From Alphaproteobacteria bacterium (lineage in GTDB: Bacteria > Pseudomonadota > Alphaproteobacteria > SHVV01), in contig CBDCYR010000005.1 in the NCBI GenBank assembly GCA_965224275.1, positions 386,903 through 450,902 on the forward strand: a DNA stretch of 64,000 bases, read 5' to 3'. This document shows positions 48,883 to 58,924 of the stretch, in pieces. Position numbers and translations under genes: made by a program. The notes beneath the pieces were generated by a model. The model saw only the letters and a program-made list of their open reading frames with translations. It had not been told where the DNA came from and did not search any database. Positions within the stretch are counted from its first letter, which is position 1; each line of letters starts with the position of its first letter.

Positions 48883-50199
48883 ATGAGTTGGAGTGCGACC
48901 CTGGCGTTGCTGCTCGGCGGCTACGTCTTTCTCATGGCAATCGGGCTTCCCGTCGCTTTTGCGTTTTTTGGCATCAACTTGGTGGGCGCATTTATGTTCC
49001 TGGGCGGCGAGATCGGTCTCCACCAACTCGCCCGCAATTCCATGGGCGCGCTGACAAATTTCATATTAACGCCGATTCCCCTCTTTCTGCTGATGGGCGA
49101 AATTCTGTTTGAGACCGGTGTGGCGGTAAGGGCGATTGACGCGATCGATAAGTTGATCGCCCGGGTTCCCGGCCGGTTATCGATCGTGTCTATCGTTGGC
49201 GGCACCTTGTTCTCTTCGCTTTCAGGTTCGACGATCGCCAACACCGCGGTGCTCGGAAGCACGCTGCTTCCCAATATGCTCAAGCGGAATTACCACCCAA
49301 ATTTCGCAATGGGGCCAATCATGGCGGTGGGCGGGATCGCCATGCTGATCCCGCCTTCGGCCCTCGCGGTTCTGTTAGGCAGTCTGGCCGGCATATCGAT
49401 CGCCAAGCTTTTGATCGCCGGAATCGTCCCCGGCATCTTGATGAGCGTGCTCTTCGTTGTCTATGTGGTGGGACGCAGCGTCACCAACCCGTCGCTGGCC
49501 CCTGCGTACGACGTCGCGCACTTGACGTTGTGGCAGCGTTGGCGACCGTTCCTCATCTACGTTGTGCCGCTGTTCAGCATTTTTGTCGTCGTCGTGGGTA
49601 GCATATTTGCGGGATTGGCAACGCCGACGGAATCTTCTGCGCTCGGCTGTATCGCTTGCTTGATCATCGCGATCGCCTACAGATCGCTCACCCTCCGGAA
49701 TTTGATGAACGCGCTTCAGGAGACGGCGAAAATATACGCCATGGTGCTGTTCATCATTGTGGCGTCACTCACTTTCTCGCAGATCCTAGCGCTGTCAGGT
49801 GCTACCGACGGACTTCTCTCCCTGATCACTGGTGCCGGCTTGTCAAAGTTCACGATCGTGCTGGGCATGCTCCTAATCCTGCTTTTCCTGGGTGCCTTCA
49901 TGGATCAGGTGAGCATGATGTTGATCACACTTCCCCTATACATGCCGATGGCGGAGACCATGGGAATCGATGTCGTCTGGCTCGGCGTGCTGATACTGGT
50001 TTCCATGGAAGTCAGTCTGCTAACGCCGCCGTTCGGCATCCTGCTGTATACGATGAAAGGTGTGGCGCCCCGGGAGATAACGCTACAGCAAATCTGGTGG
50101 GCGGCCGCTCCGTTTATTGCACTGGAGTTGCTGGTCCTGGTGCTGCTTGTGGCTTTTCCTGTGCTGGCTCTATGGTTGCCATCGGTGACTATTAAGTAA
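48883..50199 (+). CDS. dctM: TRAP transporter large permease (DctM family)
   Basis: 438 aa polytopic membrane protein with DctM features. Confidence 0.85.
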   Translation: MSWSATLALLLGGYVFLMAIGLPVAFAFFGINLVGAFMFLGGEIGLHQLARNSMGALTNFILTPIPLFLLMGEILFETGVAVRAIDAIDKLIARVPGRLSIVSIVGGTLFSSLSGSTIANTAVLGSTLLPNMLKRNYHPNFAMGPIMAVGGIAMLIPPSALAVLLGSLAGISIAKLLIAGIVPGILMSVLFVVYVVGRSVTNPSLAPAYDVAHLTLWQRWRPFLIYVVPLFSIFVVVVGSIFAGLATPTESSALGCIACLIIAIAYRSLTLRNLMNALQETAKIYAMVLFIIVASLTFSQILALSGATDGLLSLITGAGLSKFTIVLGMLLILLFLGAFMDQVSMMLITLPLYMPMAETMGIDVVWLGVLILVSMEVSLLTPPFGILLYTMKGVAPREITLQQIWWAAAPFIALELLVLVLLVAFPVLALWLPSVTIK

Positions 50200-50213
50200 A
50201 CCGCTGCTTCTAA

Positions 50214-51156
50214 GAGTCCGACTCGAAACTCTATGTTTGATAACAGTACCTTGCGAGCCGCCTTGTGAGGAGTCGGATGTTGGCGACAAGAATCCATGCC
50301 TGTGCGGAGGCGATTGATTTCTCCCAATCCTTGGCCAGTCGACGGCATCGGTTGAGCCAGGCGAAGGTCCTCTCGACGACCCATCGTCTGACCTTCACCT
50401 TGGCAGGAGCTCGAAGCCCTGGGCGGTGTCTGAGCGCTTGATGATCTCGAGCTTCCAGCGGCCGATGTCCTCAAGGGCGCCCTCGAGTTTCGGTCCCGCG
50501 TAGGCGGCGTCGGCGAAGAGGTGACGCAGCCGGGGGAAGCGATGACGGATCGATTTGAGGACCTCGGGCGCGCCGTCGCGGTCCTGGATATCGGCTGCGT
50601 GCACGATCAGGCCGACCAGCAGGCCGAGTGTATCGGTGACGATGTGACGCTTGCGGCCCTTGATCTTCTTGCCCGCGTCATAGCCCCGAACACCACCGCT
50701 TTCCGTGGTTTTCACGCTCTGGCTGTCGATCACCCCGGCGCTCGGGCCGGCCTCGCGTCCTTCCAGCTCCCGGGCCGCCATGACCAGGTGATGGTTGATG
50801 CTCTCCAGCAGGCCGTTGGAGCGCCAGTCGTAGAAATAGCGCTGGACCGTGGAAGGCGGAGGGAAGTCGTTCGGCAACATCGCCCACTGGCAGCCCGTCG
50901 AGGCCATGTACATGACCGCATCCATGACATGGCGCAGGTCCGTCGTCCTCGGCCGGCCGATCTTCTTGCGCGGCGGCATGAGCGGCGCGATCAACGCCCA
51001 CTCTCGATCCGTCAGGTCGCTTGCGTAGCGCCCGCCACGGCGCTCATAATTCGGGCGAGTGATTTCGGTCCACATGTTGTGCCTCCTCGTTTGCTTTGAC
51101 ACAACCGAGTAAGCCACAACCGACTGAAATCACTCAACTAGTTTCGGGTTGGCCTC
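50214..51156 (-). mobile_element. IS5-family insertion sequence copy 4 (943 bp: 932 bp plus an 11-bp insertion ACCTTCACCTT at ~50391-50401 that frameshifts the transposase), TSD TAA
   Basis: TAA at 50211-50213 and 51157-51159. Transposase ORF terminates prematurely (240 aa, 50395-51117). Confidence 0.85.
50395..51117 (-). pseudogene. IS5-family transposase, frameshifted by the 11-bp insertion
   Basis: Protein identical to other copies up to ...GFELLPR, then premature stop. Confidence 0.75.
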
Positions 51157-51395
51157 TAAGGACTCTATCAGGAGCGATATCAATGGTTATTCCGACGCCG
51201 TCTCTCTAATTTGCGACATGTTTCGGTGCTCGTCGCTACGCTGGTGGTTTAGAGGAGATCCGCGGCGGCCGAAAGCGTATTGCCAGCAAACAGCGCCAAT
51301 CAGAGCCCGCGTAGCGCCATCACAAAATGACTAAGCTCGCAGGCGAGTGTATGGTGCGCAACCGAACAATCGTCGTGTGGTAGAGGAGGATTACG

Positions 51396-52325
51396 ATGAC
51401 TTCCGCATCCGCAATCAATCGATCCAAAGTGATCGACGCTCATGTCCATCCGTTCGGAAATCCAGCTTGCAATCTTACCGGGAAGATCAACGTCAAACGC
51501 GATGCCGTCCTCCTTCGCAAACGAGACCCCGGTTTATTTCAAGAGCTTTGGGGCTCGAAGATGGAGGATCAGACCGACCTCTTGATCGAGGATATGGACG
51601 AGCGCAACATCGATCATTCGTTGATCCAACCCTCCGTTGGTGAGGGAAACGACGGTGTTGCCGAAGCCATCAACAGGCATCCCGATCGACTCTTCGGGTT
51701 GTTCACCACCGAGCACGATCTTTTGGGCGATCGGAGCGTCGTAAAGCCTACCGACCTCGGCAAGTTCGGAGAAGAAGCCAGTCGCCGCTTCGATGATGAA
51801 GGATTTAGGGGCGTCGGCGAGATTGTCATCAGTGACTTCACAAAAGAATCGGAGCCACCAAAAATAGCTAACGACCTCATGCCGTTCGTCGAAATCCTCG
51901 ACCGCCACAAGAGCCCGGTCCAATTTCCGACTGCCTGGACCCAGTTTGACACCCCTCTTTATCATGGCTTTCCGCTGTTCATCGACAATCTCGCTGAGCG
52001 GTATCCCGATGTGCCCGTCATCATTACCAAGATGGGTCGCGGATATGATTTTATTTTCGAAATGTGCTTGGCGGTCGCTTTCAAGCACGAACACATCTAT
52101 CTGGAAACCTCGCAAGCACCGGCCCGTCATATTTCCAGAGCGGTCAGCGAGCTCGGCGCGGAGCGGGTGATCTTCGGCACCGATTGGTGCGCCAGTTGGC
52201 GCGAACTCTACTTGCCCAAAGGTATCTACAGGAACGGCATCGACATCGTCGATGACGCCGGTCTTTCCGACGACGACAAGGACTGGATCTTGGGTAAGAC
52301 CGCCGCCGCGCTGTACCGGATCTAA
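51396..52325 (+). CDS. Amidohydrolase-2 (PF04909) family protein, member of a three-gene paralogue set (with 57961-58875 and 58925-59881)
   Basis: GAGGAGGA RBS. Motifs VIDAHVHPFGNPACNLT, AWTQFDTPLYHG, KMGRGYDFIFE, FGTDW shared with the other two. Confidence 0.75.
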   Translation: MTSASAINRSKVIDAHVHPFGNPACNLTGKINVKRDAVLLRKRDPGLFQELWGSKMEDQTDLLIEDMDERNIDHSLIQPSVGEGNDGVAEAINRHPDRLFGLFTTEHDLLGDRSVVKPTDLGKFGEEASRRFDDEGFRGVGEIVISDFTKESEPPKIANDLMPFVEILDRHKSPVQFPTAWTQFDTPLYHGFPLFIDNLAERYPDVPVIITKMGRGYDFIFEMCLAVAFKHEHIYLETSQAPARHISRAVSELGAERVIFGTDWCASWRELYLPKGIYRNGIDIVDDAGLSDDDKDWILGKTAAALYRI

Positions 52326-52341
52326 CCAACGTCGATCGGGG

Positions 52342-52362
52342 CTAGTGGATGGAATCCACTAG
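52342..52362 (+). terminator. Perfect 9-bp-stem hairpin CTAGTGGATggaATCCACTAG 17 bp after the amidohydrolase stop; no T-tract, so terminator function is uncertain
   Basis: Seen in sequence. Confidence 0.3.
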
Positions 52363-53959
52363 CTGTGCCGATATCTCCGGTGCTTCACGATGCTCGCGCA
52401 GGAAGCGCTGCCGAGCGTTCTTTTTTGGTCTTGGGCGTGTAAAAACGTTCGCCGGATTAGCGATGCGGTGAGGGTTAGCGGTGCTGTTCGGGCCTCGTCC
52501 CTTTTTTCGGTTTTAGCTTGTCGTAGGGGCGGATTAGGCTGTTTCACCGCCACGACTGGATCTCGCGAGGGCGTCGCGGCGGTAGCGGGCCCTTACACTA
52601 TGCCCGCATAGCTGCCATCAGGGGTCCGGCGCCGAGAACGTTCATGACTCGCGTCAGATTGTAAGCGAGTACGTGCAGCGCCATTTCGGTTCTGACCCGC
52701 GGCAGCGTCTTCACCAGGAAGTGGGTGGCACCCATTCGGGCTTTGATGGTGCCGAAGGGGTGTTCGACCGTTTCGCGCCGCTGGCGCATCTTTTCCGGAT
52801 GCGCGTCGAGCCGGTGCTGGACCTCTTCCAGAACGTGCTCATGCTCCCAGCGGGTAATTCGGCGCTCTTTGGCGGTGGTGCACTGAGCCTTAATGGCGCA
52901 GTTCTGGCAGACATTGGTCCAGTAGCGACGTAGGGACAGCCCGTGCTCCTCTCTGGTGAAGCGGTAGACCAAGCGCTCGCCGGCTGGACAGACGTACACG
53001 TCCTCATCCTTCACATAGCGGAAGTCCTGCTTGCCGAACTTCCCTTTGGCTTTGATGCCCGAGGTTAGCGGTTTGGGGAGCGTGACTGTGATGCCGGCCT
53101 GATCACATGCCAGGATCTGATTGCTACTGAAGTAGCCGCGATCGGCGACCACCTCGAGTTTATCGACGTTCAGAGCGGCCTTGGTCTGCTCCGCCATGGG
53201 AGAGAGTTGCGCTCTGTCATTGCCAACGTTGGTCACCTTGTGTGTGACGATCAGGTGGTTCGACGTATCGACCGCGGCCTGCACGTTATAGCCAACCACA
53301 CCGGAACCGCGACCGCTGGTAGCCATGGAGCGAGCGTCGGGATCGGTCAAGGAGATCTGATGATCGGGTGTCGCGCGCATACGGGCGTCGAGGGCCGTAA
53401 GCCGTTGCATCTCCAGATGAAGACGCGCGATCTTCTCTTTCAGTCGGGTTACTTTCATCGCAAGCGCTTCCGACGGCTCCTGGCGGTCGGCGCTGTCGAG
53501 CTGATGGAGATAGCGCGACACGCTCTCTTCGATCTGCGCCTTGCGCCGATCCATCTTGGCGCGGGTGAAGTTCCGGTCGCGGTTGTTGACCGCTTTGAAC
53601 TTGCTACCGTCAATCGCAACGCTGGCCGTTGTCAGTAGACCGATCCTCCGGCAAAGCTCGACGAACCGGGCACAGACTTTGCCGATGGCAGCGCCGTTGT
53701 CCTTGCGGAAGTCAGCGATCGTCTTGTGATCCGGCACCAGGCGGCCGGTCAGCCACATGACCTCCACATTGCGCCCGGCTTCGCGTTCGAGACGCCGGCT
53801 CGATTGAACCCGATTAAGATAACCGTAGATGTACAGCTTCAACAGAACCGATGGGTGATAGGACGGACGGCCCGTGGCCGCTGGATCGATACCGCCAAAA
53901 CCAAGCCCACCCAGATCCAGTTCCTCGACAAAGACATCGATCACCCGAACCGGGTTGCC

Positions 53960-55353
53960 GGCTGTGTCTCGAAAGTGGTGGAAATTTGAGGATGGCGTAA
54001 TCTCCGGGTGACAAGACAACCACCCAACCGGCGGCTAGCACCGCCAAGGAGATCACGCCATGAAGAACACTACCGAGACTTCCGCGCTTTCGCTACTGGC
54101 CAATGACGCCGGCTATGATCCGCTCGAGGACCGGCTGCGGGAGAACATCAGATCCACGATCGAGGCCGTTTTTGAGGAGGAACTTGCGCAGTTTCTCGGG
54201 CGCTGCCGATACGGTCGAGAGGACGCGCTTCGGCAAGGGTATCGGAACGGGCACCGGGAGCGGCAACTGACGGGGACATTCGGGACCGAGAGGGTGAGCG
54301 TGCCGCGTGCACGGATCGTTGAGGAAGACGGTCGGGCGTCGGAATGGCGTTCGCGGGCGCTGCCGCGCTACCAGCGGCTGACCAGAAAGGCCGAGGCGCT
54401 GATCGCTTCGGTGTATCTGTCCGGAACCAACACGCGGCGGGTGAAACGCGCGCTGTTCGGGCTCTTCGGGGGTGCTGTGAGCAAGGACGTTGTGAGCCGG
54501 GCGTGGCGCAAGGTGAAGGTCGATTGGGACGCCTGGTGCAGCCGTGGCCTCGCGGATGAGGATATCGTTCGGCTGATCCTTGACGGCACTGTGATCAAGA
54601 CCCGACTGGATCGCAAGGCCACCAACATCTCGGTTCTCGCGGCTATAGGGGTGCGCCGGGATGGCCAGAAGGTCTTGCTTTCGATCGGGAATATGGGCGG
54701 AGAAAGCCAGGCGGCGTGGCGCCAGTTCCTCGACGACCTTGATGCGCGTGGACTGAAACGGCCCGGGTTTGTCATCGTCGATGGCGCGCCGGGACTGGAG
54801 GCGGCTCTGTCGGCGCTTTGGGGCGATGACCTTCCCGTTCAACGCTGCACCGTGCACAAGCACCGCAACCTTCTGGGTCATGCTCCCAAACACATGCATG
54901 ACGAGCTGAGCGAAGATTACCGCGATATGATCTATGCCGACACTGCCTCCGAGGTGGAAACCCGCCGCAAGGCGTTTGTCCGCAAGTGGCGGCTGAAATG
55001 CAGGGCCGTCGCGGACAGCCTCGCAGAAGCGGGCGACAAGCTCTTTACCTTCACGCGCCTGTCCAAGAGCCAATGGAAATCAGCCCGAACGACCAACGCC
55101 ATTGAGCGTCTCAACGAGGAGTTCAAGCGCCGGATCAAAACACAGACCGTGCTGCCGTGTCCCGAAACAGTGCCGATGCTCCTCTGGGCGCTCCTCGCTT
55201 GCGGCCAAATCCAGATGCGCAAAGTCGATGGATGGGAAACCCTCGATCAGCTAATCGCCGACGAAACCCTTGACCGCGCGGCCTGACCGCCGCAAAACTC
55301 AACCCGCTCGGAGAGGCGCCAAAACCAATTTCCACCACTTTCGAGACACAACC
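53960..55353 (+). mobile_element. IS256-family insertion sequence copy B (1394 bp), 9-bp TSD CGGGTTGCC, nested inside the IS1182 transposase gene
   Basis: Same IRs as copy A. CGGGTTGCC at 53951-53959 and 55354-55362. Confidence 0.85.
54060..55286 (+). CDS. IS256-family transposase (408 aa)
   Basis: 1-aa difference from copy A. Confidence 0.9.
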   Translation: MKNTTETSALSLLANDAGYDPLEDRLRENIRSTIEAVFEEELAQFLGRCRYGREDALRQGYRNGHRERQLTGTFGTERVSVPRARIVEEDGRASEWRSRALPRYQRLTRKAEALIASVYLSGTNTRRVKRALFGLFGGAVSKDVVSRAWRKVKVDWDAWCSRGLADEDIVRLILDGTVIKTRLDRKATNISVLAAIGVRRDGQKVLLSIGNMGGESQAAWRQFLDDLDARGLKRPGFVIVDGAPGLEAALSALWGDDLPVQRCTVHKHRNLLGHAPKHMHDELSEDYRDMIYADTASEVETRRKAFVRKWRLKCRAVADSLAEAGDKLFTFTRLSKSQWKSARTTNAIERLNEEFKRRIKTQTVLPCPETVPMLLWALLACGQIQMRKVDGWETLDQLIADETLDRAA

Positions 55354-56681
55354 CGGGTTGCCTTCGTCGATCCAGTCCTCAAGACACTCGGGGAACAGCG
55401 TCGACTGACCCCGGTCCACACCCGCAACGAAACGCTTCATCAAATACTCCCGCCAAACGACGGGAGAATCATAACAACACCAACGTTTTTACACAGGCTG
55501 GGTCATGACAAGCCATTGCCGTTCGAACGCATTCCCGCGCCGATAGCTGCCCCCGGCGCGAAGTGAGCACTCAAGGCCGTAGACATGGCCGATGATTCAG
55601 CGGTCGTCATAGGCGCAGGAATTGCGGGAATATTGGCCGCGTCCGCGCTTGCTCGGCACTTTCGCCGCGTCACGATTGTCGAGCGTGATCGCCTTCGAGA
55701 CGTGCCGGAAGTGCGTAAGGGAACCCCCCAGTCGGCCCACGTTCACATACTTCTCGATCATGGTCTTACGGTTTCCGAAAGTCTTCTGCCGGGCGCGCGA
55801 AAAGCGCTCCTCCAAGCCGGCGCCATCACCATACGCGCAGGCTGGGATGAACGTGTGTTCGATGGCGAGCAGTGGCTTCCCCAGCTCGATTGTGGGATTA
55901 CGAATTTATCCCAGAGCCGGCCAGTATTTGAGAACGCACTGCGCGGCTGCCTGCAGCAATTCGCCAATGTAGACGTCCGGGACGGGACAAGTCTCACCGC
56001 GTTCAGATTGAGCGATAAAGGCTGTGTCACAGGCGTTGACGTGACTGGCCCATCCGGAAAGGCCGAGCATCTACCAGCAACCCTAATTGTTGACGCCTCG
56101 GGAAGAGCCAGCAAATCGGTGCGCTGGCTGGAACAATTAGGGTTTGGTCCGCTGGCAGCGGATGAGATCTGGATCGGTTTGAGTTATGCGAGTGGAATTT
56201 TCAGGCGGTCTCAACAATGGTGCGACAATCCGACGGCTTGGCGGGTTCAGTGCAAGGAGACCATGCGCGGCGGTGTCGTTCGCCCGATCGAGGGAAACCG
56301 CTGGATATTCACCGCCGCCGGCTATTTCGACGATATTCCTCCGATAGACTTGCAGGATATGCTTCGTTTTCTTCGATCCTTGCCGGACCCTCGGCTATAC
56401 GAGTGTATACGCGACGGAGAACTGGAGGGTCGGCTACGGGTTTACCGTACGCCGACAGTCCTCGTGCGCCGATTCGACCGATTGGCCGCGTTGCCAGGCG
56501 GATACATTCCCGTTGGCGACGTTGTGGCCCACCTGAATCCCCTCGGCGGCCAGGGCATGTCCGTTGCCGCGGTCCACGCCGACATATTGCGTAAACATTT
56601 GGAAATGCGAGCCGAAAAACGAACCGGTCCGGAGGAATTTTCTCAGGCGTTCGTCGAGGAGGCTGTTGCCGTAAGCGCTAA

Positions 56682-57613
56682 GAGGCCAACCCGAAACTAG
56701 TTGAGTGATTTCAGTCGGTTGTGGCTTACTCGGTTGTGTCAAAGCAAACGAGGAGGCACAACATGTGAACCGAAATCACTCGCCCGAATTATGAGCGCCG
56801 TGGCGGGCGCTACGCAAGCGACCTGACGGATCGAGAGTGGGCGTTGATCGCGCCGCTCATGCCGCCGCGCAAGAAGATCGGCCGGCCGAGGACGACGGAC
56901 CTGCGCCATGTCATGGATGCGGTCATGTACATGGCCTCGACGGGCTGCCAGTGGGCGATGTTGCCGAACGACTTCCCTCCGCCTTCCACGGTCCAGCGCT
57001 ATTTCTACGACTGGCGCTCCAACGGCCTGCTGGAGAGCATCAACCATCACCTGGTCATGGCGGCCCGGGAGCTGGAAGGACGCGAGGCCGGCCCGAGCGC
57101 CGGGGTGATCGACAGCCAGAGCGTGAAAACCACGGAAAGCGGTGGTGTTCGGGGCTATGACGCGGGCAAGAAGATCAAGGGCCGCAAGCGTCACATCGTC
57201 ACCGATACACTCGGCCTGCTGGTCGGCCTGATCGTGCACGCAGCCGATATCCAGGACCGCGACGGCGCGCCCGAGGTCCTCAAATCGATCCGTCATCGCT
57301 TCCCCCGGCTGCGTCACCTCTTCGCCGACGCCGCCTACGCGGGACCGAAACTCGAGGGCGCCCTTGAGGTCATCGGCCGCTGGAAGCTCGAGATCATCAA
57401 GCGCTCAGACACCGCCCAGGGCTTCGAGCTCCTGCCCAGACGATGGGTCGTCGAGAGGACCTTCGCCTGGCTCAACCGATGCCGTCGACTGGCCAAGGAT
57501 TGGGAGAAATCAATCGCCTCCGCACAGGCATGGATTCTTGTCGCCAACATCCGACTCCTCACAAGGCGGCTCGCAAGGTACTGTTATCAAACATAGAGTT
57601 TCGAGTCGGACTC
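56682..57613 (+). mobile_element. IS5-family insertion sequence copy 5, 932 bp, TSD TAA; transposase carries TGG->TGA nonsense change at the MW(TEI) codon plus one missense (D->V)
   Basis: TAA at 56679-56681 and 57614-57616. ATGTGAACC at 56763 versus ATGTGGACC in the other copies. Confidence 0.85.
56721..57596 (+). pseudogene. IS5-family transposase with premature stop near the N-terminus (downstream Met ORF 56844-57596 remains)
   Basis: See mobile_element entry. Confidence 0.7.
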
Positions 57614-57960
57614 TAAGGCATGGCGTATCTTCGCGATGCGCGATTTACAGCATCCAGCCGCGAGGGGCGAACGCCCGGTCAATTTCGACGAAGTAAAACG
57701 AATAATACGCGGCGTCGACAAACTCGTAAGTATAGATCCTGAAATCCATGAGATGACCCTCAAGATCAGAAATATGCTGGCGGAGCCCAGCGTTCTGCAA
57801 ACCCCGGAAATAGTGAGACGCGTATTGGCATTAAGTTAGAGAACGCGGCGGAAAATCTCGGTTTCCACGCCGCTCTATGACACAGGCTCCCTGAATCGGT
57901 TGAGAACCAAAACAACCGCTATGCTACGGTTATGCAAATCAAATAATAAGGGAGGAACCC

Positions 57961-58875
57961 ATGATTATTGATAGTCATGTCCATGTCGTTGGCAACCCAG
58001 CATCCAACGCACCCGACTACATCACGGTAAAACGAGACGCGGTGTTGCTTCGCCGTCGCCACCCCGATGTCTTCGCGGCCCATTGGGACCGATTGGAAGA
58101 CATGAGCGACCTCCTGATCGAGGACATGGATGCTTTCGGCATCGACAAGGCCGTCGTCCAGCCGGCGCGCGGCGAGTCGCTGGAGTTGGTTGCTCAAGCC
58201 GTGGCGAAGTATCCAGACCGCCTGGTCGGTTTGTTCATGTCCGGTTACAACGAGTTTTTTGGAAAAAATCCCATCGTTGCGGGCGGTCCGACGCAAAAGC
58301 CTGACCTCAACCAATTTGCCGACAACGTCCGCCATTGGGTCAAGGATCTGGGGCTGAGGGGATTCGGCGAATTCGGCGTCCGCACATTTAGTGAGGAATC
58401 CGATCCCAGCATGATCGCCCGCGATCTCATGCCGGTGATGGAAATCATTAACGAGTACAAAATTCCGGTCTTGATTCACACCGCGTGGACACAGTTTGGA
58501 ACCAAGCTCTATCACGGCATTCCGATGTTCGTTGATGATCTGGCTGAGCAATTTCCCGAGATTCCGTTTGTGCTGACCAAAATGGGGCGCGGTTACAACT
58601 TCATCTTCGAGATCTGCATCGCTCTGGCGATGAAGCACGATAACGTCTACCTCGACACGGTTCAGTCGCCGCCCGAACACGTGGCGCGGGCCGTCCGCGA
58701 GGTCGGTGCGGAGCGCGTTATGTACGGGACGGACTGGGACCCTACCTGGCGGCCGCTTAGCCTGCCCGAGGGAATCTATGGACGCACCCTGGCTGTCATC
58801 GAAGACGTCGGACTCACCGACGATCAAAAAGAGCAAGTGCTGGGCAAGACCTCGGCAGCGCTCTACGGGATGTAG
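57961..58875 (+). CDS. Amidohydrolase-2 (PF04909) family protein, paralogue
   Basis: GGGAGGAACCC RBS. Motifs IIDSHVHVVGNPASN, AWTQFGTKLYHG, KMGRGYNFIFE, YGTDW. Confidence 0.75.
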   Translation: MIIDSHVHVVGNPASNAPDYITVKRDAVLLRRRHPDVFAAHWDRLEDMSDLLIEDMDAFGIDKAVVQPARGESLELVAQAVAKYPDRLVGLFMSGYNEFFGKNPIVAGGPTQKPDLNQFADNVRHWVKDLGLRGFGEFGVRTFSEESDPSMIARDLMPVMEIINEYKIPVLIHTAWTQFGTKLYHGIPMFVDDLAEQFPEIPFVLTKMGRGYNFIFEICIALAMKHDNVYLDTVQSPPEHVARAVREVGAERVMYGTDWDPTWRPLSLPEGIYGRTLAVIEDVGLTDDQKEQVLGKTSAALYGM

Positions 58876-58924
58876 CGCCGCGGCGTAAGCCGCCTCCACG
58901 TAGAAAAGTGAGGAGAACGTACCC

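Larger units (their letters stand above)
52598..55440 (-). pseudogene. IS1182-family transposase split by IS256 insertion: N-terminal 26 codons (MKRFVAGVDRGQSTLFPECLEDWIDE...) at 55363-55440, remainder at 52598-53950
   Basis: N-terminal peptide upstream of the IS256 (ORF 55135-55443) continues into ...NPVRVIDVFVEELDLGGLGF... downstream of it. The 473-aa ORF-track protein begins with IS256-IR-encoded residues. Confidence 0.65.
52435..55497 (-). mobile_element. IS1182-family insertion sequence (~1.66 kb without the nested element), interrupted by IS256 copy B; terminal IRs around G(C/T)GTGTAAAAACGTT
   Basis: Matching inverted 13-mer GTGTAAAAACGTT at ~52437-52449 and (rc) ~55483-55495. Ends approximate. 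Confidence 0.55.
55585..57839 (+). pseudogene. FAD-dependent oxidoreductase/monooxygenase interrupted by IS5 copy 5 (5' part 55585-56681; displaced 3' part 57617-57839 still in frame once the IS is removed)
   Basis: N-terminal FAD dinucleotide-binding motif VVIGAGIAGILAA. Present ORF ends ...VSAKRPTRN* with IS-derived codons. Excising the IS (TSD TAA) restores ...VSAKAWRIFAMRDLQHPAARGERPVNFDEVKR...VLALS*. Confidence 0.65.
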
